DNA of 39,794 bases from a virus (taxonomy: Duplodnaviria; Caudoviricetes), in IMG/VR virus record IMGVR_UViG_3300049023_000163, positions 1-39,794 of that record. One strand, written 5' to 3'. Below are positions 25,652-34,738 of this stretch, piece by piece (within the stretch, counting starts at the first letter, position 1; each line of letters opens with the position of its first letter). Both the position numbers and the translations under genes were made by a program. The notes below the pieces were generated by a model. That model did not search any database, was not told the DNA's origin, and saw only the letters and a program-made list of their open reading frames with translations.

Positions 25652-25840
25652 TCAGTATGATTTACCCATTGAAGGAGGTTGCTTTTTAATGAGATCTTCA
25701 GCGTATTGCTGAGCTGACATTCCAGACTCGTAGTCATGGACAATGGTGGTCTTATCGACCTGTAGTTCGGGATAGCCGCGATCAGCAAGTGTCTGCATGA
25801 CCTTCTCTACCCATAGGTGATATTGCGTCTCGTTTTTCAT
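25652..25840 (-). CDS. Hypothetical protein
   Basis: ATGA coupling at MKNETQ. Confidence 0.6.
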   Translation of the reverse strand: MKNETQYHLWVEKVMQTLADRGYPELQVDKTTIVHDYESGMSAQQYAEDLIKKQPPSMGKSY

Positions 25841-26370
25841 GCGCGTCTCCAAGGTTCTAGGTATTGTACACCGGCCAGGTGGAACATGGTCTTCTCATCA
25901 GGTACCGCAATGATTTCCTCATCCGCGTTGCGCAGGAATCCATCCTGACCGTGATATCCATTCCTCTTCCATCCCCAGGCAAGAACTTTTTCACTGAACT
26001 CCGCAGGACCGGTACGAATCGCGTAGATGTAGCCCCAGTTGTTGGGTACCGCACAGAAAACATCCATGTTGATCTGGTGCCTGTGCAGGTAGATTTGTAT
26101 GTATTTGCCATTACGAGGATCACCTTTCTTGATGACTGTCTCATCATCATCTTCAAGAGCATTTGCAAATCCAGCGACACGAGTTCTATCAACTCCACCA
26201 AAGAGACTTGTTTGACGATCGGTGGTCTTCGGGATACAAACTAACTCGATGTCCTTCACCAATTGTTTCTGGCGGCGTATAGATCCTGCGATTTCGATCT
26301 TATCGCAGAACGGTCGAAGCTTGCGTAGCCAGTAACTTGCGATCTTCTCAGCTTTTGAAATCTCCATCAT
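25837..26370 (-). CDS. Minimal family X DNA polymerase (palm plus thumb)
   Basis: IAGSIRRQKQLVKDIELV...MDVF...IRTGPAEFS...DEKTMFHLAGVQYLEPWRR. Confidence 0.85.
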   Translation of the reverse strand: MMEISKAEKIASYWLRKLRPFCDKIEIAGSIRRQKQLVKDIELVCIPKTTDRQTSLFGGVDRTRVAGFANALEDDDETVIKKGDPRNGKYIQIYLHRHQINMDVFCAVPNNWGYIYAIRTGPAEFSEKVLAWGWKRNGYHGQDGFLRNADEEIIAVPDEKTMFHLAGVQYLEPWRRA

Positions 26371-26774
26371 CTTCGTGTCTTTATGTCTCTGAAACCTTTT
26401 ACTTTGATGTGACCAAATTCTTTGCGCCATCGACGCATAATCTCTTGCTTGATCTCGTCCGGTGCCTTGATGTTGATGCTCTTACCGCGGATGTTCGGCC
26501 ATGCTTCCTCGAGCTCTTCCATGTTGTTGATCTCCATCACAGTTTGCGGCTCATCGATCTCTAGAGCTTTGCGGAAAGTTTCTTTAAACTCGCTCCTGGT
26601 CATCGTGGTCTTCTGATCGGGATTCAGCCAGCTGAGTAGCGTCGTCTCCCGGGTCTTGAGATCGTTCATGTACGATTCATTGCGCTGATCCTTCGGGATC
26701 TTCTGATGTTCCGCGATGTGACGACGAGCACGTTTGAGTGCTTTTTTGAGCAGATCTATTTCTCGCTTGTTCAT
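26367..26774 (-). CDS. Hypothetical protein (start at MNKREI)
   Basis: ATGA coupling downstream. Confidence 0.65.
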   Translation of the reverse strand: MNKREIDLLKKALKRARRHIAEHQKIPKDQRNESYMNDLKTRETTLLSWLNPDQKTTMTRSEFKETFRKALEIDEPQTVMEINNMEELEEAWPNIRGKSINIKAPDEIKQEIMRRWRKEFGHIKVKGFRDIKTRR

Positions 26775-26779
26775 TTTGG

Positions 26780-27550
26780 CTATTCTGGTATTCCTATGAT
26801 GTAGCGTTTTTCTACTTCGATGACTTGTTGGACGTTGCACCTCCGATCGACATTGATCAAAGTGCGCACGTCATCCAGGCAGTAGTTTGCGATAGCTTTG
26901 ATCTTTCCTTGATAGAAAGCAACTGGTACCATTGCACCATCCATTGATTCTTTCGGGCTTGGAATGCCGAATACATAGGCGAGTGTTTGTAAGCTGACGT
27001 AGTCCTTGAAATTGTGGAATTGCCAAAACTCCATTGTGTCACTCCATGGTAACTGCCATTTTGATTTCCCTTCTGTAACAAGAATCTCAGGGAGTCGCAT
27101 TGAGTTGATTAACAACCTGCGGCATAACCAAGGAAAGTCGAATGCTTTGCCATTATGGGCGACAATAATTTCCGGAGATGACTTACTGATTGAAGCGCAG
27201 AACTCGCGAAGAATGAATTCTTCATCACCTACAAATGCCTTCATTCCAATATATTCAGATCCTCCGTCCTGTTCCTTCAACACATAGCCTACGCCAAGAC
27301 AAATGATCTTCGCGAACTCCGCAAATAGTGCTGCTTTATCTTTGTACAACTGCGCATAGATCGCCTGCAGCTGCGATTCAGCTTCGGCATCCGGATTACC
27401 ACCATTCCATTGCTCAACTGTTTTTAAGAACTCCTGGACAATTGATTCACGTTTCATTTTATAGATGAAAGCTCGTTGCCCTTGTTCCGGCATTTGTTCG
27501 AATGTTTCGTATTCAGGAGCGGTTTCGATGTCGACGTATAACTTTTTCAT
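26780..27550 (-). CDS. PolB-related DnaQ-like 3'-5' exonuclease
   Basis: YVDIETAP (ExoI), AHNGKAFDFP (ExoII), NYCLDDV (ExoIII). Confidence 0.88.
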   Translation of the reverse strand: MKKLYVDIETAPEYETFEQMPEQGQRAFIYKMKRESIVQEFLKTVEQWNGGNPDAEAESQLQAIYAQLYKDKAALFAEFAKIICLGVGYVLKEQDGGSEYIGMKAFVGDEEFILREFCASISKSSPEIIVAHNGKAFDFPWLCRRLLINSMRLPEILVTEGKSKWQLPWSDTMEFWQFHNFKDYVSLQTLAYVFGIPSPKESMDGAMVPVAFYQGKIKAIANYCLDDVRTLINVDRRCNVQQVIEVEKRYIIGIPE

Positions 27551-27792
27551 GACGTAGATGATTTTTGATTTTTTATGATAGGGCACCAGTCTGGTGTTGG
27601 GATGTATAGATCTTCAGATCTGACTTCGATTTCTTTTTTAAATTCAGTGGGATGAATGCAGTAATGATTGTACTGCGGGTTTCGTCCACTGCGCCACAAT
27701 TTGCTGTCGTGATAGATGCATCCATTGCATGCCCTTACTGATTGAGTAGGAATGGAGATATTCCTAGGACCTTCCTGTCGTGTTAAGCTCAT
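27547..27792 (-). CDS. Small Cys-rich protein
   Basis: CNGCIYH...YCIHP...TPDWCP; ATGA coupling. Confidence 0.65.
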   Translation of the reverse strand: MSLTRQEGPRNISIPTQSVRACNGCIYHDSKLWRSGRNPQYNHYCIHPTEFKKEIEVRSEDLYIPTPDWCPIIKNQKSSTS

Positions 27793-27815
27793 GGGTTACT
27801 GATTAAAATACCTTG

Positions 27816-27931
27816 CGGGGGTGAGAGGATTCGAACCTATGACCTCTACCAACATCAACAGTTCGTCGTGCGCAAGACTCGTGTTGATTTTTTGCTGGTA
27901 GCGCTCTAACCATCGACTGAGCTACAACCCC
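27816..27931 (-). ncRNA. tRNA-like RNA with 39-nt expansion of the anticodon loop
   Basis: GGGGUUG UA GCUC-AGUCGAUGGUUA-GAGC G CUACC-[46 nt]-GGUAG AGGUC AUAGG-UUCGAAU-CCUCU CACCCCC G. Confidence 0.75.
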
Positions 27932-28056
27932 AAGTTGCGTTCGGCTTCCTTCTGTTGAGATGAAGTGCTTATTCCAAGATCTGTGTACCACCATCAGACC
28001 GGTTATATCTTCATCTCCGGCGATCGCCACAGCAGTCGCACGGAACGCAGCGTCTT

Positions 28057-28491
28057 TTATATTTTCTTGCGCAGTCCGACATACGTGCTGTTGAAGCACA
28101 CACACCAGATTGCCCAATAGATTAAGTAGTTGACCAAGTTCAATGATGTGCCTCCGGCGTAGCAGAGTATTGACAACAGTAAGAACTTGATGAAAATGAA
28201 TTGCATCAGATGAAAACCATCTGTGAGAAAAACTAACACCGTAGTGCTGAACAGAAAGCGTTCCTTGTACTTTACTTTCGCCAATCTGTAGTACCAATTG
28301 TTCGGTGCGGGTATTGGTCTTTCGTCAGTGGCGATTTTTGCGCCAAGTTTATATTTCCGCATGTACGAATACTCACCCCAAAAACCATCCTTCTTTTTGC
28401 TCCACGCAATTCCTTCGTGATGATCAATGCACTCACAGATCCCGTAAGCTGCTGCAGCTATCCCGAGACATATCATTGATAGGATGATCAT
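28057..28491 (-). CDS. Membrane protein
   Basis: Hydrophobic segments; FLFSTTVLVFLTDGFHLMQ; ATGA coupling. Confidence 0.7.
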   Translation of the reverse strand: MIILSMICLGIAAAAYGICECIDHHEGIAWSKKKDGFWGEYSYMRKYKLGAKIATDERPIPAPNNWYYRLAKVKYKERFLFSTTVLVFLTDGFHLMQFIFIKFLLLSILCYAGGTSLNLVNYLIYWAIWCVCFNSTYVGLRKKI

Positions 28492-28691
28492 GGATTCTTC
28501 CTTAAAAGCCAGGACATGAGATAAATAAATACATTGAAACCTGTGGCGTACAAGAAGCACCATAGGTTAAGGTGGCCGTCAGTGTACGACCAGAATGCGC
28601 TCCATATCACTGCGAAAGCGAGTGACGCCCAAAGGATCCTGCGGATCAATTTGTCTTTGATGTGTTTCTTCGAAAATTCTTTAAAGGTCAT
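28488..28691 (-). CDS. Small membrane protein
   Basis: Two hydrophobic helices. Confidence 0.65.
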   Translation of the reverse strand: MTFKEFSKKHIKDKLIRRILWASLAFAVIWSAFWSYTDGHLNLWCFLYATGFNVFIYLMSWLLRKNP

Positions 28692-28705
28692 AGCCGTTTT
28701 GGTTT

Positions 28706-28800
28706 AAAAAGAGAAGGGAGGCCGCTGGTAGTCTAGAAAGTAAAGAACAACCACGAACCATAACATTCCGAAGCCCATACCATTGGTGCGGACCTCCCTT
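28706..28800 (-). ncRNA. Intergenic long hairpin with U-tract (candidate sRNA or terminator)
   Basis: AAGGGAGG-CCGC (28714-28725) pairs with GCGG-A-CCTCCCTT (28788-28800), enclosing about 60 nt. Confidence 0.45.
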
Positions 28801-28803
28801 ATA

Positions 28804-29139
28804 TCAGTTATTGAGCACCGGGTTAGGTGCTATAGTATTGCCAAGCTCTTCGACCAACATCCTGAACTCCATGTCGACTTCCGATGGAAAGACCGTCACT
28901 TTGTAGATGATGCGATGGATATTATTCTTTCCCATCGTCCGCACGTATCGCACTTCAACCATCAGGAAAATGGGACCTGCTCCAGTTAGTATCAGGAAAT
29001 GGTTGTAGTCGAAAGCGATCGAATCGTCGATCTCGATCATCACAATAGCCTGTTGTGCATCCAGCTCTTTATAGAACTGATCCAGTTGCGGCGGAGTAAG
29101 GGTTTTGATGAATTCGGTATAGTTCTCGTACTTTTTCAT
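28804..29139 (-). CDS. Hypothetical protein, first gene of leftward operon
   Basis: Directly downstream of a TACATTTG promoter element. Confidence 0.7.
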   Translation of the reverse strand: MKKYENYTEFIKTLTPPQLDQFYKELDAQQAIVMIEIDDSIAFDYNHFLILTGAGPIFLMVEVRYVRTMGKNNIHRIIYKVTVFPSEVDMEFRMLVEELGNTIAPNPVLNN

Positions 29140-29160
29140 TGTCTGGTCCGTGGTTATCGT

Positions 29161-29241
29161 TAGAACAAATGTAATAACAGAATAGTACGTTTGTCAAGTA
29201 AACATAGAACAAAAGTTATAATTATTATTACATTTGTTCTA
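29161..29241. promoter_or_regulatory. Divergent promoters with three operator-like 16-mers
   Basis: TAGAACAAATGTAATA (29161) and its exact inverted copy (29226-29241), each containing TACATTTG; TAGAACAAAAGTTATA (29205). Confidence 0.75.
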
Positions 29242-30222
29242 ATGAACCCCTTTAGAGAATTTATCGTCGTAAAAGTCCCGAGCGTCTTTCTTGATGAGAC
29301 CAAGTACACCGGCGTCGAGGGCAAAAGGATTATTGTGAGCGTTATTCAGCATCCTGAGCGCCATATCCGAAACTTCGGAGAGGTTGTCAGTGTGCCTGAT
29401 GAATTACTGAGGTATCCATTGGCCAGTGATCACACGTCAGCTCCCGCGTATCATGACTACCCACATTTCAGCTGGAAGACCACGGAGGATGTGGAGCTCG
29501 AGATCCGAGTTGGTGATCGTGCTTACTTCCACTATAACTGTCTGCTTCCCGATGTGAACAGCGAGTACTATGAAGACAAGTGGAACAAGATGTTTTTGTA
29601 CTCGAAGAAGGAGGAGGAGAACGGCAAAATAGTCGAATACCACTACTTCCGCGTGAAGTATGACCTGGTCTTTGCGACGGTTCGGTTCTCACCCGCCAAC
29701 GCAGCCTCCGCTCCATTTGCATGGTGGATGGATCCTATGTTGAAAGAATTCGATTCAACAATCAAGGATGACGAAACCCGCGAAATCAGTGCCGGCAAAC
29801 GATATGAGCGAGTTGATGAGCATGGCTTCTCTCATATATATAAGAAGGAGATCACGATGATCGGCTCTTATGTGTTAATCGAACCAGATAAGGAAACATG
29901 GGAGGATATCAGTATCCCAACGGCAGTAGTTGTGAACGGCAAAATTCTCATGGAATTGGACGGTAAAACGCCAAAGATGAGGCCGAAGGAAGAATGGATT
30001 GTGGTGAAATCTATGCCGACAGAGAAGTATTTGATGGGATGGGTTCGGTGCACTGGATCTCCATTGAAAGGCGATCGTGCATTCCTTAAACCTGGCATGT
30101 ACGTGCATTTCCAACGACATGCTGATACCAAGATGATGTTTGAGGGCAAGGAGTATTTCCGGATGAGACAGAGACACGTGTTCGCGATCGATACCTCAAA
30201 GACTTTAATCAATGCGGCTTAA
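29242..30222 (+). CDS. Tandem GroES-like domain protein
   Basis: GEVVSVP...EIRVGDRAYFHY and MIGSYVLIEP...G.V...G...LKPGMYVHF...EGKEYFRMRQRHVFA; start moved to ATG 29242. Confidence 0.65.
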   Translation: MNPFREFIVVKVPSVFLDETKYTGVEGKRIIVSVIQHPERHIRNFGEVVSVPDELLRYPLASDHTSAPAYHDYPHFSWKTTEDVELEIRVGDRAYFHYNCLLPDVNSEYYEDKWNKMFLYSKKEEENGKIVEYHYFRVKYDLVFATVRFSPANAASAPFAWWMDPMLKEFDSTIKDDETREISAGKRYERVDEHGFSHIYKKEITMIGSYVLIEPDKETWEDISIPTAVVVNGKILMELDGKTPKMRPKEEWIVVKSMPTEKYLMGWVRCTGSPLKGDRAFLKPGMYVHFQRHADTKMMFEGKEYFRMRQRHVFAIDTSKTLINAA

Positions 30223-30628
30223 TTCAATTAAGTATATGAAAAAGTGGTACACACTCCTTGGCTTCTTGCTGCTGGTAGCGGTGGTTGTCATCTGTGCTTT
30301 TCAGGGTTCCGCAAAAGTGAAACCTGACCGTGGTAAATCGATTATAACATTTGTTTCACGTGAAACTGGAACAGATGTTGTATTGGTAGCCTCTCGCGAT
30401 GCTTATAAGTCTGTTTATGAGGTAGTTACGTACAAAAATGCTCCTGGTAATGATTTTGGTATTATCACAAATGATGGTATTGAGGATCATTACCGGCGAT
30501 GGTACGATAACTATCGACAACGATCCCAGGCTTGGATTAAACGGAACAACTCAGAAGCAACGGGACGAATTCATAGTAAGGCGACAGGGACCTTATACAA
30601 CACGATCGGGCTTAAACTGAATTGTTAA
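30212..30628 (+). CDS. Hypothetical exported or membrane-anchored protein
   Basis: MKKWYTLLGFLLLVAVVVICA hydrophobic N terminus. Confidence 0.65.
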   Translation: MRLNSIKYMKKWYTLLGFLLLVAVVVICAFQGSAKVKPDRGKSIITFVSRETGTDVVLVASRDAYKSVYEVVTYKNAPGNDFGIITNDGIEDHYRRWYDNYRQRSQAWIKRNNSEATGRIHSKATGTLYNTIGLKLNC

Positions 30629-30718
30629 AATCAATACACCAACAAAAAACCCCAAAGGATAATTGGACAACCATTGGGTTTTTTTCTTATCCATTTCTCA
30701 CTCAAAATTCAAATCAAA

Positions 30719-31357
30719 ATGTATAAAGAAGCTATCGAGCAACTTACCCAGGAGCGGATCACACTTAACTCCATCGAAGAGAAGATCAAGATGATGATCG
30801 ATAAAAAGATCTCTTCTCGCCCAGAAACAACACTCTCATATCGCGCTGTTCAACTGGCGACAATGTGGCTAGGAAAGGCAAAAGGTCAACTTGGCTCACA
30901 GCATCCATACCCGGATAGCTACAATCCTGCGAGCAAAGTCATCGAAGATCGCGCTGATGTTGCTGAACTGATCAAATCACTCCATGGCGATGAGCTCACG
31001 CTGGTAAAAACCATTCGTGCTGAGCTGAAAGAGATGGAGGCGGACATCGCCAACGATGCTCAGATCTTCACCGATAAGCCTGCATATCAGCATTGTATCG
31101 CGAATGCATGGACAAAGTGTTGTGAGGGAACAATGTGGCTCGGAATGGTTCTCAACCAGATGAAAAAGGAGGAAACGCCAGCTACAACAAAAAAAGAAAG
31201 CAAGCCTGCAAAGGAAAAGAAGCTGAGCGTATCCGGTGGTAAATCATCGAATGCGAAGAAGTCTTCGAAATCAGAGAAAACTGAGACTGACAAATCAAAA
31301 GAAACGAAAGCTGCAGATGATAAGTCTGCAAAGAAAGAAACTACAACCGACAAATAG
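30719..31357 (+). CDS. Protein with two helical-hairpin repeats (Acb2/Tad1-like, tentative) and K/S/E-rich tail
   Basis: TLSYRAVQLATMWLG and ANAWTKCCEGTMWLG. Confidence 0.55.
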   Translation: MYKEAIEQLTQERITLNSIEEKIKMMIDKKISSRPETTLSYRAVQLATMWLGKAKGQLGSQHPYPDSYNPASKVIEDRADVAELIKSLHGDELTLVKTIRAELKEMEADIANDAQIFTDKPAYQHCIANAWTKCCEGTMWLGMVLNQMKKEETPATTKKESKPAKEKKLSVSGGKSSNAKKSSKSEKTETDKSKETKAADDKSAKKETTTDK

Positions 31358-31366
31358 CAGAAGGCA

Positions 31367-31717
31367 ATGTCAGACTCAAAAACGATTCAGGTAACCCCTA
31401 TAAATAAGATTACGCTCGATCCTGAGCGTAGTCTTCTTCCTATTCAGATGGTCGGTGATCGCATAATCATCGATCCGATTCGTGCAGATGAATTTCTGTC
31501 TAAGGAATTAAACATCAGAAAATCTCTTGACGCTAAAGAAGACTTCTTAAAAGGTATCGTGATGTGCATCGGCGGTGGCGAGTATGGTGTAAATATTCCT
31601 GCTAGCCTTAAGACAGGTATGACGGTGCTCTACTGGCATCAATCGGCAATCAACTATGTGGTCGACAAAAAAGTATATCACTTGGTCAGAGTGTCTGACG
31701 CATTCGCGTATCTATGA
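31367..31717 (+). CDS. GroES-like protein
   Basis: MVGDRIIIDP...KGIVMCIGGG...LKTGMTVLY...KVYHLVRVSDAFAYL. Confidence 0.75.
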   Translation: MSDSKTIQVTPINKITLDPERSLLPIQMVGDRIIIDPIRADEFLSKELNIRKSLDAKEDFLKGIVMCIGGGEYGVNIPASLKTGMTVLYWHQSAINYVVDKKVYHLVRVSDAFAYL

Positions 31718-32493
31718 AAGCACTAATTCAGCAAGAGCGTTTTTCTCGGATCAAAACACCGGTCCATAAATTCAAGGCAAAGACGCCTGTTGAGTTATTT
31801 CAGTACATACCGAATCTCCGGAGATACTTTCAAAATCTTTCAAATACAGCTGCTCAACTGGAAGTAGAGGTGCCAGTTGAGCGACTGAAGGAAGATGATG
31901 ATCAGATAGGTGGCTACGATGTGAAGAAGATGAAAGTCGATGGGTATGAAGCGGTGCCAATTGACATCGTCCGCATCATCACGTACATCGTCCTCGTCTA
32001 TGATCCTGATACGGATCTGATCCACGAATTTCCAAATGAGATCCGCGCGATGAAGGATGAAGGCGCTACTGTCGCCGGCTTCGAACGGCTCGAGAATGGT
32101 GACTGGCCTCCGTATGTTGAGCGTATCATCACCTTCCAGGACAAGCATGTTGTTCGCTGGATCATTGACTATCTCAAAGTCAAGAAAAACACCATCTGGA
32201 CAGAGATAAAGTTTATCGAGGAAGAGCTGGAAACGCTCTACCGCCAACGAACGAATGCTCTGTTAACCGGATCGGTGAATTCGGCATTGATGGATACCAT
32301 CAGTGTTCGACTGGAAAAACGTGATGCGCTGTACAAGCGATTCTATGCAGAGCACGTCGATTTGAAGAATGAAACTCAGGATGAACTGTACCCCGTGACC
32401 CCTGAGAATGTTTTTAAGGAATTAAAAATTCCGCCTGAAGTGTGGCGGGTGAAGCAAGTGAAAGATGTACCTAAAGACACCGGGGTCAATTAA
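31714..32493 (+). CDS. Hypothetical protein, possible terminase small subunit
   Basis: Position immediately upstream of terL only. Confidence 0.5.
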   Translation: MKALIQQERFSRIKTPVHKFKAKTPVELFQYIPNLRRYFQNLSNTAAQLEVEVPVERLKEDDDQIGGYDVKKMKVDGYEAVPIDIVRIITYIVLVYDPDTDLIHEFPNEIRAMKDEGATVAGFERLENGDWPPYVERIITFQDKHVVRWIIDYLKVKKNTIWTEIKFIEEELETLYRQRTNALLTGSVNSALMDTISVRLEKRDALYKRFYAEHVDLKNETQDELYPVTPENVFKELKIPPEVWRVKQVKDVPKDTGVN

Positions 32494-34738
32494 GAAAGTT
32501 ATTCAGGATCTATATACGGTATGGCTACCGCCAATACCCTCACGCGAGTTGATCCTGAATGCTGACAAGAAGAAGAAAGACCAAATTTGGCGCAGGCAAC
32601 CATTGCCATCATTCTACGAAGAGCGCCGCCAGGAAGAATTCCATATCCAAGAGCAGGAGAAGAAACTCGTTGATGAAGGTGCAATCCCCCGAATTACGCA
32701 CTTTGATCCTGTACTCGAAGCATATCGTCGTGATCAATGGAACAAACGCATCTATGGCATCTATGCATACATCGGCGGCAAGCTCGTTTATCTAACGCCT
32801 GATCATTGGATGTTCCTCCAGTGGTCCAAGATGGACCACGCGGAGAACGATGGTTATGCGATGTTCTTCGAACCACAGGTGGAGCGTTTTCAGTTTCGCC
32901 AGCTCTGTGCAGAAGATCCATTCTGCCACGGATACATGTTCGTTGGGCCTCGTGGTGGTGGTAAAACCGCAGAGGAGGTTGCCTGCCAGCTGAACAACAT
33001 GACGAAGCCCGGGCACAACCGGCATGCGGCTATTCAATCAAAGGACTCCGATGAAGCAAAGGAAGTCATCTTCCAACAGAAGATGGTTCCGATGTTCAAC
33101 GCATACCCGGAATTCTTCAAGCCTGAATTTTCTCACGGTACCGATCCGAAAGATCAGATGATCTTCAAACGTCGTACGCAAACCGGGAAGAATGCGAAAC
33201 GCGTGAAGCATGGAGAGGATTATGAGTTGAGCAATACCATACGTCCTTACGCGCCACACAATCGTGCTCTCGACTCCACGACGATGTCCGATATCTTTGT
33301 CGATGAGATTGGAAAGCTCAAGCCGGAGGCAAACCAGGACGCATACACGCGCCATTCATCGAACTTGAAGTCGATCTTCCGCTTTCAGGTAAAACGTGGT
33401 TTGATCAGATGTACCACCACGATCGAGGAGATGGATAAGGGTGGTGATGAGTGCTTCGAGCTATGGCAGGAGAGTGATCCACGTCGTCGCGATCAGAACA
33501 ACTTCACTATGTCGCGAATGTATCGCTTCTTCATCAGCGCGCTGGATACTCAAACAGATCTCGCTGACGAATTTGGATTCATTGACAAGGAGGCCGCATA
33601 CACGAAGATCATGAATGAGCGCGAGCCGATTAAAGACGACTCGTACAAGTTATCTCTCAATATGCGGAAGAACCCGCTTACTGAAGATGAGGCGTTCATC
33701 AAGGATCCTGGAACGTCGCCGTACGATATGATGATCTTGACCAAGCGCATCTCCGAACTCAAGATGATGTTGCCTGGCCAGCGGCCCGGGAAGTTGGTCA
33801 ATCCGGAATGGAAGAATGGTATCATTGACGGAGAGGTTGAACTCGTCCCACATCCAGAAGGTAGTGTTCGCATATTCTTCGATCCGGATGTGTGGTGGAC
33901 GAAGGAGCGCAAGCTTATCAATGCGTGCAACTACTACGAAGATGACAATGGCGTCAAGCAATGGATGCCTTGTAACAACGATCTATTCCGCGGTTCTGCT
34001 GACCCGATCAAGTTCGTGAAGACATCAGATTTGCGCGCGTCAAAGATGGGTAGCCATGGTATAATGATGTACATCCCTGATCTTGACAACGGCAAAAAGC
34101 TCAACAGCAATGGACTCCCGGGAAATGATTGGATCAGTAATAACTTCCTCTGGGAGTATCATGGTCGACATACGGATCCTGAGCTTGACTACGAGGTTAC
34201 CATCAAGATGATGCGATACTTCGGGCATTCAATCATGCCTGAATTCAACACTGGCGAATTTGTTAAGCATCTCTATTCACGGGGATACAAGAAGTTCATC
34301 ATCGTCAGGAAGCAATTCAATGCAGATGTATTGATCAGCAAACACAGTAAGAATGCTTTCGCAGGAGAACAAGCTGTCCATTCGAACACAGAAAGCATTG
34401 AGGCATACGTTCGTCGTACTGCAGCTTTCATCCGTCGCCATGGTCACCGTGTTAATTCGCTGGCATTGTTAGAACAATGGCGCGACTTTGATCCTAAGCA
34501 TCCAACTAAATACGATTTGGCGGTCAGTGGATCATATGCGGTGATGGCACTGGAGGCAAACCTCGATGATGACTACTATCAGTGGAATACCCAAAAAACA
34601 GAGGACTTAGTATCTAAATACTTCCGTCGCTATGATATTAGTGGCAATCAGAGCCGGTTGTTACCGTCTACCTCTGATGATGGCGACTACAATGATTTTG
34701 ACAGCGAAGATTTTTGTAATCAATTTTTTAACTCATGA
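32465..34738 (+). CDS. terL: Terminase large subunit
   Basis: Walker A GPRGGGKT, Walker B IFVDEIGK, coupling TTT, nuclease GSADPI...PEFN...YDLAVS. Confidence 0.88.
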   Translation: MYLKTPGSIKKVIQDLYTVWLPPIPSRELILNADKKKKDQIWRRQPLPSFYEERRQEEFHIQEQEKKLVDEGAIPRITHFDPVLEAYRRDQWNKRIYGIYAYIGGKLVYLTPDHWMFLQWSKMDHAENDGYAMFFEPQVERFQFRQLCAEDPFCHGYMFVGPRGGGKTAEEVACQLNNMTKPGHNRHAAIQSKDSDEAKEVIFQQKMVPMFNAYPEFFKPEFSHGTDPKDQMIFKRRTQTGKNAKRVKHGEDYELSNTIRPYAPHNRALDSTTMSDIFVDEIGKLKPEANQDAYTRHSSNLKSIFRFQVKRGLIRCTTTIEEMDKGGDECFELWQESDPRRRDQNNFTMSRMYRFFISALDTQTDLADEFGFIDKEAAYTKIMNEREPIKDDSYKLSLNMRKNPLTEDEAFIKDPGTSPYDMMILTKRISELKMMLPGQRPGKLVNPEWKNGIIDGEVELVPHPEGSVRIFFDPDVWWTKERKLINACNYYEDDNGVKQWMPCNNDLFRGSADPIKFVKTSDLRASKMGSHGIMMYIPDLDNGKKLNSNGLPGNDWISNNFLWEYHGRHTDPELDYEVTIKMMRYFGHSIMPEFNTGEFVKHLYSRGYKKFIIVRKQFNADVLISKHSKNAFAGEQAVHSNTESIEAYVRRTAAFIRRHGHRVNSLALLEQWRDFDPKHPTKYDLAVSGSYAVMALEANLDDDYYQWNTQKTEDLVSKYFRRYDISGNQSRLLPSTSDDGDYNDFDSEDFCNQFFNS

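Noticed and set aside
27803-28297. 164-aa minus-strand ORF
   Set aside because: Overlaps the membrane-protein gene out of frame and runs through the tRNA-like RNA
29191-29241. TTG-start extension of the tandem GroES-like gene
   Set aside because: Lies within the operator/promoter region; ATG 29242 preferred
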